Notes: generated from the sequence alone by a model not told the origin. DNA of 64,000 bases from Ruminococcus sp. (GCA_017620025.1 JAFZRF010000065.1:12414-76413), one strand, 5' to 3'; shown: positions 27,701 through 36,899, numbered from the stretch's first letter. Translations and numbers: made by a program.

Positions 27701-28272
27701 ATATCCTCGTATTCGATACTGAGGTTTACTCAAATACAGGCGGACAGGCTTCCAAGTCCACACCTACAGGCGCTATCGCACAGTTCGCTGCTGCAGGTAA
27801 GGTCGTTAAGAAGAAGGACCTCGCAGGCATCGCAATGAGCTACGGCTACGTTTACGTTGCACACGTTGCTATGGGCGCTAACATGAACCAGTGTATCAAG
27901 GCATTCGCAGAGGCTGAGGCTTACGACGGACCTTCCATCGTTATCTGCTATGCTCCTTGTATCAACCACGGTATCAAGACAGGTATGGCTACAGCACAGG
28001 CTGAGGAGAAGAAGGCTGTTGAGGCTGGCTACTGGCACCTCTACAGATACAATCCTGAGCTCAAGAAGGAAGGCAAGAATCCCTTCATCCTTGACTCCAA
28101 GGCTCCCAATGTAGACGAGTACAAGAACTTCCTCATGGGTGAGGTTCGTTACAACTCACTTGCTCGCTTCAATCCTGAGAGAGCAGAGAAGCTCTTCGAC
28201 GCAGCTGTTGAGAACGCTAAGGATCGTTATGATTACCTCACACGTCTCACAAAGCTCTACGGCGAGGACTGA
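24727..28272 (+). CDS. nifJ: Pyruvate:ferredoxin (flavodoxin) oxidoreductase
   Basis: YPITPS, SEAGA, two CxxCxxCxxxCP, GACAGCGE, GGDGWAYDIG; strongly biased codon usage; terminator at 28299-28327. Confidence 0.97.
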   Translation: MAIKRKMKTMDGNNAAAWVSYPFTDVAAIYPITPSSVMAEVTDSWSAKDKKNLFGQPVTVAEMQSEAGAAGTVHGSLSAGALTTTYTASQGLLLMIPNMYKIAGELLPNVIHVSARCVSSHALNIFGDHSDIYACRQTGYAMLCSGSAQEVMDLGAVAHLSTIKGRVPFLHFFDGFRTSHEIQKIETWDDATLYDLLDKDAAQSFRDKALHPERPVLRGSAENPDVFFQAREACNKYYDALPAIVEDYMNKVNDLIGTDYKLFNYYGAADAEHIIVAMGSVNETIEETIDYLNANGGKYGLVKVRLYRPFVASKLVEVIPDSVKRISVLDRTKEPGSLGEPLYLDVVAALKGTKFNDIPVFTGRYGLGSKDTVPAQIVAVFKNTTKPRFTIGINDDVTNLSLPLEENPDSAPAGTTACKFWGLGSDGTVGANKNSIKIIGDHTDLYAQAYFAYDSKKSGGVTISHLRFGKTPIKSTYLINKADFVACHNQSYIDKYDMVSDIKPGGTFLLNTIWSVDELDKYLPGQVKRYIAENNINFYIINGVKLGEETGMGTRINTILQSAFFKLANIIPFEDALKYMKDAAEASYSKKGQDVVEKNWNAIDAGHQNIVKVDVPAEWKNCADTQMGMPPVTCANKELQDFVNNIQIPCNAQKGDKLPVSTFVDRADGTFPQGSAAFEKRGIAVNVPSWDASKCIQCNQCAYVCPHAVIRPVAMTADELAKAPAQTKSADFKPALGDLKFVMTVSTLDCTGCGVCANVCPAKEKALTMEPIASQMDQQEVFNYGVTIDEKPEVAAKFKADTVKGSQFRQPLLEFSGACAGCGETPYAKLVTQLFGDRMMIANATGCSSIWGGSAPSTPYTVNKQGRGPAWSNSLFEDNAEFGYGMYLAQETLRKRVTDKVLALKEKATKDDVKAAIDEYLDTYNDGAANNIATDKLVAALEACGCDDAKAILAEKDYLSKKSQWIFGGDGWAYDIGFGGLDHVIAQGKNVNILVFDTEVYSNTGGQASKSTPTGAIAQFAAAGKVVKKKDLAGIAMSYGYVYVAHVAMGANMNQCIKAFAEAEAYDGPSIVICYAPCINHGIKTGMATAQAEEKKAVEAGYWHLYRYNPELKKEGKNPFILDSKAPNVDEYKNFLMGEVRYNSLARFNPERAEKLFDAAVENAKDRYDYLTRLTKLYGED

Positions 28273-28465
28273 TCTGAAAGATAATAATGCAATTATCGCC
28301 TCCGGCTCATTCAGAGCCGGAGGTTTTCTTATACCCTTATCCTGTAAGCATCGATACTATCCGGCATTATTCGTTGCACTCCGGAAACATTCTTCTGCGA
28401 CAGATTGACAAACCATTCACGATAGAGTATAATAATGGTTGAAATGTGTATACAGGAGGAACAGT

Positions 28466-29278
28466 ATGGAAAAGGAACTCTACGAAAGATTTGAGATCAT
28501 TGACGCACACGGACATATCTTCCCGGAGAAGATCGCCGAGAACGCTACTGTAAATATCGGCAACTTCTATGACATACCGATGCACGGCTGCGGCATGAGC
28601 GAAAAGCTCATCGAGAGCGGAAAGAAGATCGGCGTAAAGCAGTATCTTGTCTGCTCCACAGCAACATCACCGCATCAGATAGACGCAATAAACAGATTCA
28701 TCACCAAGGAATGCGCCGCTCATCCGGAATTTTTCGGACTCGGCACCACTCACGCCGATTCATACGACATCGAGGGCGATATCCAGCACATCATCGATTC
28801 CGGCCTGCACGGAGTAAAGCTGCATCCGGATTTCCAGCTCTTCAATGCTGACTCAAAGGAAGCCTTCCAGATATACGATGCTATGCAGGGCAGGCTCCCG
28901 CTGATGATACACTGCGGCGACAACAGGTATGACTACTCCGCTCCCCAGCGTATCGCCAACATACACCGCAACTTCCCGAAGCTTAAGATACAGGCTGCCC
29001 ACCTCGGCGGCTATCAGCAGTGGGATGATGCAGTTGACCTGCTCAAGGGACTTGAGAACGTTGCATTCGATTTCAGCAGCTCCCTCGCCTTCCTCGCACC
29101 TGAGAAGGCTGCAGGGATCATCCGCACCTACGGTGTTGAGAACTGCTTCTACGGCTCTGACTTCCCGATGTGGACACACGAGGAGGAGCTCGAGCGCACT
29201 TTCGCTATGGGCTTCACAGAGGACGAGCTCCATAAGCTTCTCGGAAGGAACTTCAAGGAATTCTACGGCATCGTCTGA
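28466..29278 (+). CDS. Amidohydrolase-family metal-dependent hydrolase
   Basis: IDAHGH, GVKLHP, HCG, AHLGG, YGSDFP. Confidence 0.88.
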   Translation: MEKELYERFEIIDAHGHIFPEKIAENATVNIGNFYDIPMHGCGMSEKLIESGKKIGVKQYLVCSTATSPHQIDAINRFITKECAAHPEFFGLGTTHADSYDIEGDIQHIIDSGLHGVKLHPDFQLFNADSKEAFQIYDAMQGRLPLMIHCGDNRYDYSAPQRIANIHRNFPKLKIQAAHLGGYQQWDDAVDLLKGLENVAFDFSSSLAFLAPEKAAGIIRTYGVENCFYGSDFPMWTHEEELERTFAMGFTEDELHKLLGRNFKEFYGIV

Positions 29279-29290
29279 GATGCAGGATAT

Positions 29291-30286
29291 ATGAATGACA
29301 CAAAACTGCGTAAAAAGCGTATCTTCGAGATAATACAGATCGGCAACCAGGACGACCTGCCGAGCCTTCTCTTCGACTGGTTCATAGTGGCGGTAATATT
29401 TATCAACATCATCGCCATGTTCCTTGAGACCTTCGAGGAGATAGAACCGTTCTTCGGTATAATAAGGACGCTCGAGTACATCACCATAGGCATATTCTGC
29501 ATAGAGTATGCCCTGAGGATATGGACGGCGAAATACCTTTACCCGGAGCTCAGCGAGGGCAGGGCGAGACTCAGGTTCCTGCGCTCCTTTGACGGCGTTG
29601 TCGATCTGCTCACGATACTCCCCTTCTTCTTCCTATCCGGCTTCATCGTGTTCCGTATGCTGAGAGTCGTGCGTATCTTCCACCTCTTCCGCATCAATGC
29701 ACAGTATGACTCCTTCAACGTCATAACCACGGTACTGATGGAAAAGAAGAACCAGATAGTATCATCGGTATTCATAATACTGATACTCATGTTCGCATCG
29801 TCCCTCGGTATGTACAACGCCGAACACGCTGCACAGCCTGAAATATTCCGCAACGCCTTCTCCGGCATCTGGTGGAGTATGTCCACACTGCTGACCGTCG
29901 GCTACGGCGATATCTACCCGGTGACCTTTGTCGGCAAGCTGATGGCGATAATCATAGCCTTTCTCGGAGTCGGCGCAGTTGCTGTCCCGACCGGTATCAT
30001 CAGTGCCGGATTCGTTGAGCAGTACACCCGCAAGGCAAATTCCGACAAGGGCCTGCACGACATCGAGAAGATAGGCGAGATACTCGTCAGCGAGGGCAGC
30101 GAATACTGCGGAAAGACAGTCGGCGAGCTGCAGAACGACCACGATATCCGTATCATCGTACTTCTGCGTGACGGACTTACCGTCATAGCCTATGACGAGA
30201 TACCCGTAAAGACCGGGGATATCCTTGTCATCAACTCGGAGCGAATGGTAAAGAAGCCGCAGAAGATCAAAAAGAAGAGAAAATGA
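29291..30286 (+). CDS. 6TM potassium channel with C-terminal RCK_C/TrkA-C-like domain
   Basis: Filter TVGYGD; S4-like RMLRVVRIFHLFR; GKTVGEL...GDIL tail. Confidence 0.88.
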   Translation: MNDTKLRKKRIFEIIQIGNQDDLPSLLFDWFIVAVIFINIIAMFLETFEEIEPFFGIIRTLEYITIGIFCIEYALRIWTAKYLYPELSEGRARLRFLRSFDGVVDLLTILPFFFLSGFIVFRMLRVVRIFHLFRINAQYDSFNVITTVLMEKKNQIVSSVFIILILMFASSLGMYNAEHAAQPEIFRNAFSGIWWSMSTLLTVGYGDIYPVTFVGKLMAIIIAFLGVGAVAVPTGIISAGFVEQYTRKANSDKGLHDIEKIGEILVSEGSEYCGKTVGELQNDHDIRIIVLLRDGLTVIAYDEIPVKTGDILVINSERMVKKPQKIKKKRK

Positions 30287-30351
30287 GCTGTATCACGGGC
30301 GCACAATGTGTGCCCGTTTTGTTTATCAAGAAAGCGCACATTTCAAATGTA

Positions 30352-30525
30352 TTGGGATTCTAAAGGGGCTGCGCCCCTTTAGCGGAGTCCAGAGGCAACG
30401 CCTCTGGCAGGATGCGGGACAGAGTCCCGCAATCATCCGCAGGGCGCTTCGCAAGGGGTGAATTCCAAAACAGTCCGGGGGACTGTTTGGGAAGAGGGGA
30501 CGCCTCGCAAGTGAAGGCGTCCCCT
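30352..30525 (+). repeat. ~174-bp multi-hairpin dispersed element, copy A
   Basis: Aligns end to end with 50412-50585 and with the reverse complement of 57074-57246. Confidence 0.93.
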
Positions 30526-30552
30526 GATAAACTAAGGATTCCGGATTGACTT

Positions 30553-30643
30553 CGGACGGCCAATGGCCGTCCATGCATCAAGCCGTAATTGTAGGGGCGC
30601 CTTTGGCAGCCCGCATTCCGAATCCCGAATTCCGCATTATCCC
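30553..30643. repeat. Inverted pair of GTAG-type REP-like palindromes plus ATTCCGN heptamers
   Basis: GGACGGCC-AAT-GGCCGTCC; GTAGGGGCGCCTTTGGCAGCCCG; ATTCCGA ATCCCGA ATTCCGC. Confidence 0.6.
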
Positions 30644-30651
30644 GAAACCAC

Positions 30652-31027
30652 TTGACAAATACAGAAAAATGATGTATAATGGTTTTACAAACTTTCAAAT
30701 GCTATGAAGGGAAACAAAGACCGCAAAGGCTTTTGAAGAGAGAGCTGCCACGGCGGCGGGTGACCGCAGTCACGGTGAAAGGCAGCAGGCAGATGCGGTA
30801 TATAGCTCCTCCCTGAGCAGTCGGCTGAAAGGCGGCACAAAGGCGTGCTTCAGGCATGGTCGGTGCTGCACCGATTAGGCTTGAACGGGCTCTCCCGTTA
30901 CAGAGATATGCGTTGATCCGACGCAGACGAGTGGGCGTGATCAATATCACGTCAAGAAGAGTGGTACCACGGAGTATATCGGAAACTTCGTCTCTTCCAT
31001 GCAAGGCATGGAGGGGACTTTTTTATT
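30652..31027 (+). promoter_or_regulatory. Sigma-A promoter and T-box riboswitch (probably Leu)
   Basis: TTGACA-17-TATAAT 30652-30680; AGAGA and GGTGAAA stem I motifs; candidate CTC specifier at ~30806; AAGAGTGGTACCACG T-box; terminator 30990-31024. Confidence 0.9.
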
Positions 31028-31071
31028 ACCCTCCTGCCGGCTTCAACAAGGATCGGAACGGAGGAATTACT

Positions 31072-32727
31072 ATGAAAAACACAGAAAAGTACACAAGGCA
31101 GTTCTTTGATGTACCGGATGCGCCGATGCGCTGGGCAAAGAAGTCATACATTGACAAGGCGCCGGTTTGGTGCAGCGTTGACCTCAGAGACGGCAATCAG
31201 GCACTCATCACCCCGATGACGCTCGAGGAAAAGCTCGATTTCTTCCGTATGCTCGTAGCTATCGGCTTCAAGGAAATAGAGATCGGCTTCCCTGCTGCAT
31301 CCGAAACAGAGTATGAGTTCTGCCGCACGCTCATCGAGAAAAAGCTCATCCCCGATGACGTGACCATACAGGTGCTCACCCAGTCCCGTGAGCACATCAT
31401 AAAAAAGACCTTTGAGGCACTTGAGGGCTGCAAAAACGCCATCGTACACCTGTACAACTCTACCTCCCTCGCACAGCGCGAGCAGGTCTTCCGCAAGACC
31501 AAGGCCGAGATAACGGAACTGGCTGTCTGCGGCGCAAGGCTCTGCAAGGAGTACCGCGAGAGATTTGACGGCAATATCCGCTTTGAATACTCCCCTGAGA
31601 GTTTCACGGGCACTGAACCGGATTTCGCTCTCGAGATATGCAACGCCGTCCTCGATGTATGGCAGCCCACACCGGAGGACAAGGTTATAATCAACCTCCC
31701 CGTTACTGTGCAGCTTTCCATGCCGCATATCTACGCCAATCAGGTCGAGTTTATGTGCGACCATCTGAAATACCGTGAGAACGTCATAGTCTCACTGCAT
31801 CCCCACAACGACCGCGGCTGCGGAGTTGCTGATACTGAGATGGGTCTCCTTGCCGGCGCAGACCGTGTGGAGGGCACTCTCTTCGGCAACGGTGAGCGCA
31901 CAGGCAACGTGGACATCATCGTCCTCGCCCTGAATATGTATTCACAGGGCATCGAACCCGGCCTCGATCTCAGCGATATCCCCTCCATAGCCGAGATATA
32001 CACCCGCATGACGAAGATGGAGGTATACGAGAGACAGCCATACTCCGGCAAGCTCGTATTTGCGGCCTTCAGCGGCTCACATCAGGATGCTATCGCCAAG
32101 GGCATGAAGTGGCGTGAAGAGCACGGCTCAGAGATATGGAACGTTCCCTACCTCCCTATCGACCCGAAGGATATCGGCAGGGTATACGAGACCGACGTCA
32201 TCCGCATCAACAGCCAGTCCGGCAAGGGCGGCATAGGCTACATACTCGAGACACGCTACGGCTACAACCTGCCTAAGAAGATGCGTGAGAACGTGGGCTA
32301 TCTCGTCAAGGGCGTATCCGACCGTCTCCACAAGGAGCTTATGCCGGATGAGGTGCTTGCTATATTCCGTGAGAACTACGTTGACCTCACCTCTCCCCTA
32401 AATGTAACAGAGGCTCACTTCAGACAGCAGAACGGAATCGAGGCATCTATAGATGTTGTATGGCAGGGCAAGCATATCCACGCCGTTGACTCCGGTAACG
32501 GACGTCTTGACGCCGTAAGCAATGCGATACGCAGCTGCACGGGGCTTGAATACAGCCTGAGCGCCTACACCGAGCACGCCCTCGAGGTCGGCTCCGCTTC
32601 ACAGGCCGTTTCCTATGTTGAAGTGGTAAACGGTGACAAGAGCTACTGGGGCACGGGCATCGATACCGATATCATCCGCTCCTCTATCAAGGCTCTTGTG
32701 AGCGCCGTGAACAATATGACACGGTAA
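31072..32727 (+). CDS. leuA: 2-isopropylmalate synthase
   Basis: DLRDGNQAL, EYSPESF, HPHNDRG, GNGERTGN, SGSHQDA; true start MKNTEK after GGAGG. Confidence 0.96.
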   Translation: MKNTEKYTRQFFDVPDAPMRWAKKSYIDKAPVWCSVDLRDGNQALITPMTLEEKLDFFRMLVAIGFKEIEIGFPAASETEYEFCRTLIEKKLIPDDVTIQVLTQSREHIIKKTFEALEGCKNAIVHLYNSTSLAQREQVFRKTKAEITELAVCGARLCKEYRERFDGNIRFEYSPESFTGTEPDFALEICNAVLDVWQPTPEDKVIINLPVTVQLSMPHIYANQVEFMCDHLKYRENVIVSLHPHNDRGCGVADTEMGLLAGADRVEGTLFGNGERTGNVDIIVLALNMYSQGIEPGLDLSDIPSIAEIYTRMTKMEVYERQPYSGKLVFAAFSGSHQDAIAKGMKWREEHGSEIWNVPYLPIDPKDIGRVYETDVIRINSQSGKGGIGYILETRYGYNLPKKMRENVGYLVKGVSDRLHKELMPDEVLAIFRENYVDLTSPLNVTEAHFRQQNGIEASIDVVWQGKHIHAVDSGNGRLDAVSNAIRSCTGLEYSLSAYTEHALEVGSASQAVSYVEVVNGDKSYWGTGIDTDIIRSSIKALVSAVNNMTR

Positions 32728-32877
32728 ACAGCTCAGCGCCGTACATAAAACCCTGTTGAAATACAGCGTAATGCACAAAAAGCCTTCCAAGGCACGGTGC
32801 AAAGCCATTTTTTCATTGATTTTACGGCAAATGAGTGGTATAATACTATTATCAATACTCAGAAGGAGCAGCTTGCA

Positions 32878-32946
32878 ATGAGAACTGTAATCACATACAA
32901 CAGCATCACAGTTATCTCCGGCGCAGTCGTCACAGTTTCGGACTGA
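32878..32946 (+). CDS. Putative ilvB leader peptide MRTVITYNSITVISGAVVTVSD
   Basis: AAGGAG RBS; 5 Val, 3 Ile and 4 Thr in 22 codons; lies between the promoter (32816-32844) and a terminator. Confidence 0.75.
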   Translation: MRTVITYNSITVISGAVVTVSD

Positions 32947-33017
32947 CGCTCTGATTCGCTCTGCCCTAAGGACAACTCGAACGCTGCCTTACCTTCTGTA
33001 TCACTCAGCAGCATTTC

Positions 33018-33046
33018 AGACCTCCGGCAGGCACCGGAGGTCTTTT
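33018..33046 (+). terminator. Attenuator terminator upstream of ilvB
   Basis: AGACCTCCGG-CAGGCA-CCGGAGGTCT-TTT. Confidence 0.75.
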
Positions 33047-33092
33047 CCATATCCTGACCTGACAAAAATCAAATTGCAAAGGAATGGTATTT

Positions 33093-34814
33093 ATGAAAAT
33101 ATCAGGAGCCAAGATCGTCGTTGAGACGCTTATCGAACAGGGAGTTGACACCGTTTTCGGATACCCCGGCGGACAGGTCATCGACCTCTTCGACGAATTA
33201 TATAAAAGCCGTGACAGGATAGATCACGTACTCACAGCACATGAGCAGGGCGCTGCACACGCCGCAGACGGCTATGCAAGAGCTGCCGGAAAGACCGGCG
33301 TAGTCATAGCCACCTCCGGACCCGGTGCGACAAACCTCGTCACCGGCATCGCAACAGCCTTTCTCGACTCGGTGCCTATGGTAGCCATCACCGGAAACGT
33401 AGCCACAAGCCTCATCGGCCGTGACAGCTTCCAGGAGGTCGATATAGTGGGCATAACCATGCCTGTGACCAAGCACAACTTCATTGTAAAGGACGTCAGG
33501 GAGCTTGCGGACACCCTCCGCACAGCCTTCAAGATAGCGAAGTCCGGCAGACCCGGCCCGGTACTTGTAGATATCCCCAAGGACGTTCAGACTGCGGTAT
33601 GTGATTTCGAGCCCAAGCCCGACCCGGTACGCCCCTACCCGCTCACCTTCGCTTCCGAGATGAAGCTGAGAAAGGCTGCCGAGATGATAAACAAGGCGGA
33701 GCGTCCTTACATCTACTTCGGCGGCGGCATCATACTCGGCAAGGCTTCCAAAGAGCTTATAGCCTTCTCGGAGAAGATAGACTGCCCGATGGGCTGCTCG
33801 CTCATGGGCCTCTCTGCCGTACCGTCCGACGATCCGCACTTCCTCGGTATGCAGGGTATGCACGGCCATTTTGCCGCCTCTGCCGCTGAGGACGAAGCAG
33901 ACCTCGTTATCACGCTCGGCGCTCGCTTCAGCGACCGTGCAACAGGCGACAAGAGCCGCTTTGCCAAGCATTTCTCGATAATACATATAGATACAGACTG
34001 CTCGGAGCTTGACAAGAATATCCCGGCAGACCTCGCTATACAGGGCGATATAAAGGATGCGATATACCGTCTCCTGCCCATGGTAGAGGAGAAGCAGCAT
34101 ACCGAATGGTTCGCCCGCATCGCAGAGCTTCGTGAAGAAGAGAAGGTACGCACAGAGGAGGCTCTTCTTTCCGCTGAGGCCCGCAACTCGAAGAAGTACG
34201 GTACCGACAAGCCGCCCGTGCTTGCGCCGTATACCATAATAGACACCATAGCCCGCTACGCCTCCGACGGCGACTGCATCGTCACAGACGTAGGTCAGCA
34301 TCAGATGTGGACGGCTCAGCGCTATCCCCTGAAGAAGCCCCGCACCTTCATAACGAGCGGCGGTCTCGGCACTATGGGCTTCGGTCTCGGTGCTGCTGTC
34401 GGAGCAGGCATCGCCTCCGGACAGCGTGCGATCCTCTTCACAGGTGACGGCAGCTTCGGCATGAACCTCAACGAGCTCGCCACAACTATATCTGAGAACA
34501 GGAACATAGTAATAGTCATTATGAACAACGGTGTGCTCGGCATGGTACGTCAGTGGCAGACACTGTTCTTCGACGGCCGCTATTCGGGCACCACACTGAA
34601 AAGAGCTACCGACTTCGTAAAGGTTGCAGAGGCCTTCGATGCACAGGGCGCTCATGCTGCGAATGCAGAAGAGCTTGAAAAGGCGGCTGAGAGAGCATTC
34701 TCCGGCAGCGGCGTATTCCTTATCGACTGCGCCGTAGACTGCGACGAATATGTACTTCCCATGCTCCCGCCGGACGGCTCGATAGACAACATCATCACGG
34801 ACATAAAGGAATGA
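33093..34814 (+). CDS. ilvB: Acetolactate synthase large subunit
   Basis: FGYPGG, HEQGA, TSGPGATN, FQE, DVGQHQMW, GDGSF...NN. Confidence 0.96.
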   Translation: MKISGAKIVVETLIEQGVDTVFGYPGGQVIDLFDELYKSRDRIDHVLTAHEQGAAHAADGYARAAGKTGVVIATSGPGATNLVTGIATAFLDSVPMVAITGNVATSLIGRDSFQEVDIVGITMPVTKHNFIVKDVRELADTLRTAFKIAKSGRPGPVLVDIPKDVQTAVCDFEPKPDPVRPYPLTFASEMKLRKAAEMINKAERPYIYFGGGIILGKASKELIAFSEKIDCPMGCSLMGLSAVPSDDPHFLGMQGMHGHFAASAAEDEADLVITLGARFSDRATGDKSRFAKHFSIIHIDTDCSELDKNIPADLAIQGDIKDAIYRLLPMVEEKQHTEWFARIAELREEEKVRTEEALLSAEARNSKKYGTDKPPVLAPYTIIDTIARYASDGDCIVTDVGQHQMWTAQRYPLKKPRTFITSGGLGTMGFGLGAAVGAGIASGQRAILFTGDGSFGMNLNELATTISENRNIVIVIMNNGVLGMVRQWQTLFFDGRYSGTTLKRATDFVKVAEAFDAQGAHAANAEELEKAAERAFSGSGVFLIDCAVDCDEYVLPMLPPDGSIDNIITDIKE

Positions 34815-34824
34815 GGTGAGGATA

Positions 34825-35349
34825 ATGGATAATACCAGCGAGCATACCTACAACAATAAATATATCATAGGCGTTATCGTCTCCAACGTATCCGGTGTCC
34901 TCTCGAGAGTGTCCGGAATGTTCACACGACGGGGCTTCAACATCGACAGCCTCACAGTGGGGGAAACGGAATCCGCCGGATTCTCACGCATAACCGTTGC
35001 CTTCCACGGCGACGAGGATATCCGTGACAGGATACTCCGCCAGCTTGAGAAGCTGCACGATGTACGTGAGGTGGAGGTACTCGACCAGAGCGAGACCGTT
35101 GTGCGTGAGCTGCTCCTTCTGAAGGTACGCAACAGTTCCGCTACCCGTCAGGACATCATGGCAGCGGTAGAGATATTCCGCTCGAAGATAATCGACTACT
35201 CGGCGACTGCTCTCGTATGCGAGCTCACGGGTGAGACCTCGAAGATAGACGCATTCATCGAGCTGATGAAGTCCTACGGCATACTTGAGATGTGCCGTAC
35301 AGGCATCGTGGCAATCGAGCGCGGAGAAAACTGCCTCAAAACACGGTGA
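34825..35349 (+). CDS. ilvN: Acetolactate synthase small subunit
   Basis: ACT domain GVLSRVSGMFTRRGFNIDSL; RELLL; RTG. Confidence 0.95.
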   Translation: MDNTSEHTYNNKYIIGVIVSNVSGVLSRVSGMFTRRGFNIDSLTVGETESAGFSRITVAFHGDEDIRDRILRQLEKLHDVREVEVLDQSETVVRELLLLKVRNSSATRQDIMAAVEIFRSKIIDYSATALVCELTGETSKIDAFIELMKSYGILEMCRTGIVAIERGENCLKTR

Positions 35350-35540
35350 TATGTGATTTGTTTCGCAAATCAACAAATTCACAGTTCTTCATAATTTCAA
35401 AACAACTATATGTATATACAGTCGTAAATATCCCTATATACCGCAAATACGTTTTATACATATGGTAGTATATTCAATATTTATTAACAGCTTGTTCATA
35501 TTTCAACAAATTTTCACATAATCATCACCATTCCGTCATA

Positions 35541-35571
35541 TTTCTTTGTTAACATTTTGTTAACAAAGAAA
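35541..35571. promoter_or_regulatory. Perfect 14-bp inverted repeat, operator-like
   Basis: TTTCTTTGTTAACA-TTT-TGTTAACAAAGAAA. Confidence 0.5.
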
Positions 35572-35616
35572 GTACATCACCCAAATCCGGATGTACTGTG
35601 AAAAGGGGTAGTGATT

Positions 35617-36822
35617 ATGAAGAAGCAGCGAACTCTCAGACGCCGTATTACAGGCTCACAGATCATAGGTCTCATCATGATGTTAGCAGGCTTTGCCACC
35701 ATCTTTGCAACAGGCATCTCCGCCTCAAAGCACGGTGACCACATTCTTACCGAGAGCGAGAGCGAATACATGGATTCAGGCTCTGACGAGGAGCAGGATC
35801 TTCTCGAGAAGTGGATTTCCACCAGGGAGAGCACCCGAAAGGCTGCTGTGTTCCCGCTCATGCTCATCAGCGGTTTCCTCATAGTCGGCGGTGCGCCGCT
35901 GTTCTATACTCCTATCGCAGTCGAAGCTCACCAGAGCAGGATGAGCCGCAAGGAGGATGCAGAGGAACGCAAGGCCCGCAACCGCAGCTCACACGCTTCC
36001 AGAAAGCTCGACCGAGAGCTGAAGAAGGAGGAGGAGCGTGCTCTTGCCGAGGCAGAGGCTATCCGTGCGGAGCAGAAGAAGAAATGGGAGCGCAGGGTCG
36101 CAGAACGTGCCAAGGAAGCTCTTGACAGCGATAATGCACAGACCGCAGCTCCGGCACCGGCAGCAAAGACAAAAGCCGAAGACAGACCAAAGCAGGAAAG
36201 CAGAAAAGCCGCACAGAGAAAAAACACAAAGCCCGCAGAAGCAAAGCCGCAGAAGCCTGCCGGTACCGCATCAGATTTGCCCGCTCCTGACGCAGAGGCA
36301 TTTCCTGAGCAGAAGAAAACACGGAGCTATGAAGAATCCCTTGTACTGTTTTTAGAGCAGCTTTCCAAGCTCTCACCTGATATTAAAATGGAAACGCTCA
36401 CAAGCTCACTTCCCGAGACAGTTGACCTCTGTGAAAGCGAAGAGGAAAAGCAGAATCGCAGCGAAGCACAGCAATACATTGAAAAATACTCCGGTGATCA
36501 GAGCAAGGCAGAGCCCAAGCTCGGCCCCGCCGATCTCGCATTTCTCACTAACACAATGAAGGAAAGCGCCGAAACAGAGGAACTCTATGCCGCTCTCAGA
36601 AAGAAAAGGGCAGAGAGCTGGATCAGCTCAGGCGTTATGGAAGAAGCATCCACCGGAAACAATGCAGCTGCGGATGAAAAAGCTGCTGCAGCTCCGGCAC
36701 AGGAAAGCAGACCTGCCGCCGGCAAGCCAAAGCCTGCCGGAAACAGGCCGAAGTCTAACGGCAAAAAGAAGAAAAACAACCGTAAGAAGGGCGGAAAGCG
36801 CAGGAAGCATCTCCTCTTCTGA
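35617..36822 (+). CDS. Hypothetical two-TM protein with a long charged, low-complexity tail
   Basis: Long ORF; two hydrophobic segments; coiled-coil-like region; Lys/Arg-rich end. Confidence 0.7.
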   Translation: MKKQRTLRRRITGSQIIGLIMMLAGFATIFATGISASKHGDHILTESESEYMDSGSDEEQDLLEKWISTRESTRKAAVFPLMLISGFLIVGGAPLFYTPIAVEAHQSRMSRKEDAEERKARNRSSHASRKLDRELKKEEERALAEAEAIRAEQKKKWERRVAERAKEALDSDNAQTAAPAPAAKTKAEDRPKQESRKAAQRKNTKPAEAKPQKPAGTASDLPAPDAEAFPEQKKTRSYEESLVLFLEQLSKLSPDIKMETLTSSLPETVDLCESEEEKQNRSEAQQYIEKYSGDQSKAEPKLGPADLAFLTNTMKESAETEELYAALRKKRAESWISSGVMEEASTGNNAAADEKAAAAPAQESRPAAGKPKPAGNRPKSNGKKKKNNRKKGGKRRKHLLF

Positions 36823-36899
36823 TACGGAGACAGTCAGAGATACCGCAGGAGCCACCTGCGGCATCGCTGCTGTATTATATACGAAAGAAGCTGAAAACT

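Noticed and set aside
30326-30698. Small ORFs over the 174-bp repeat (also 50329-50595, QGTPSLARRPLF...)
   Set aside because: Their similarity comes from the DNA repeat; starts differ and variation follows base pairing rather than codons
30856-31071. 72-aa N-terminal extension of LeuA in the ORF track
   Set aside because: It runs through the T-box and terminator; the RBS supports ATG 31072
33198-34655. Long antisense ORFs (also 1307-2734 and 9134-10507)
   Set aside because: Shadow frames of well-supported genes caused by codon bias; no recognisable motifs
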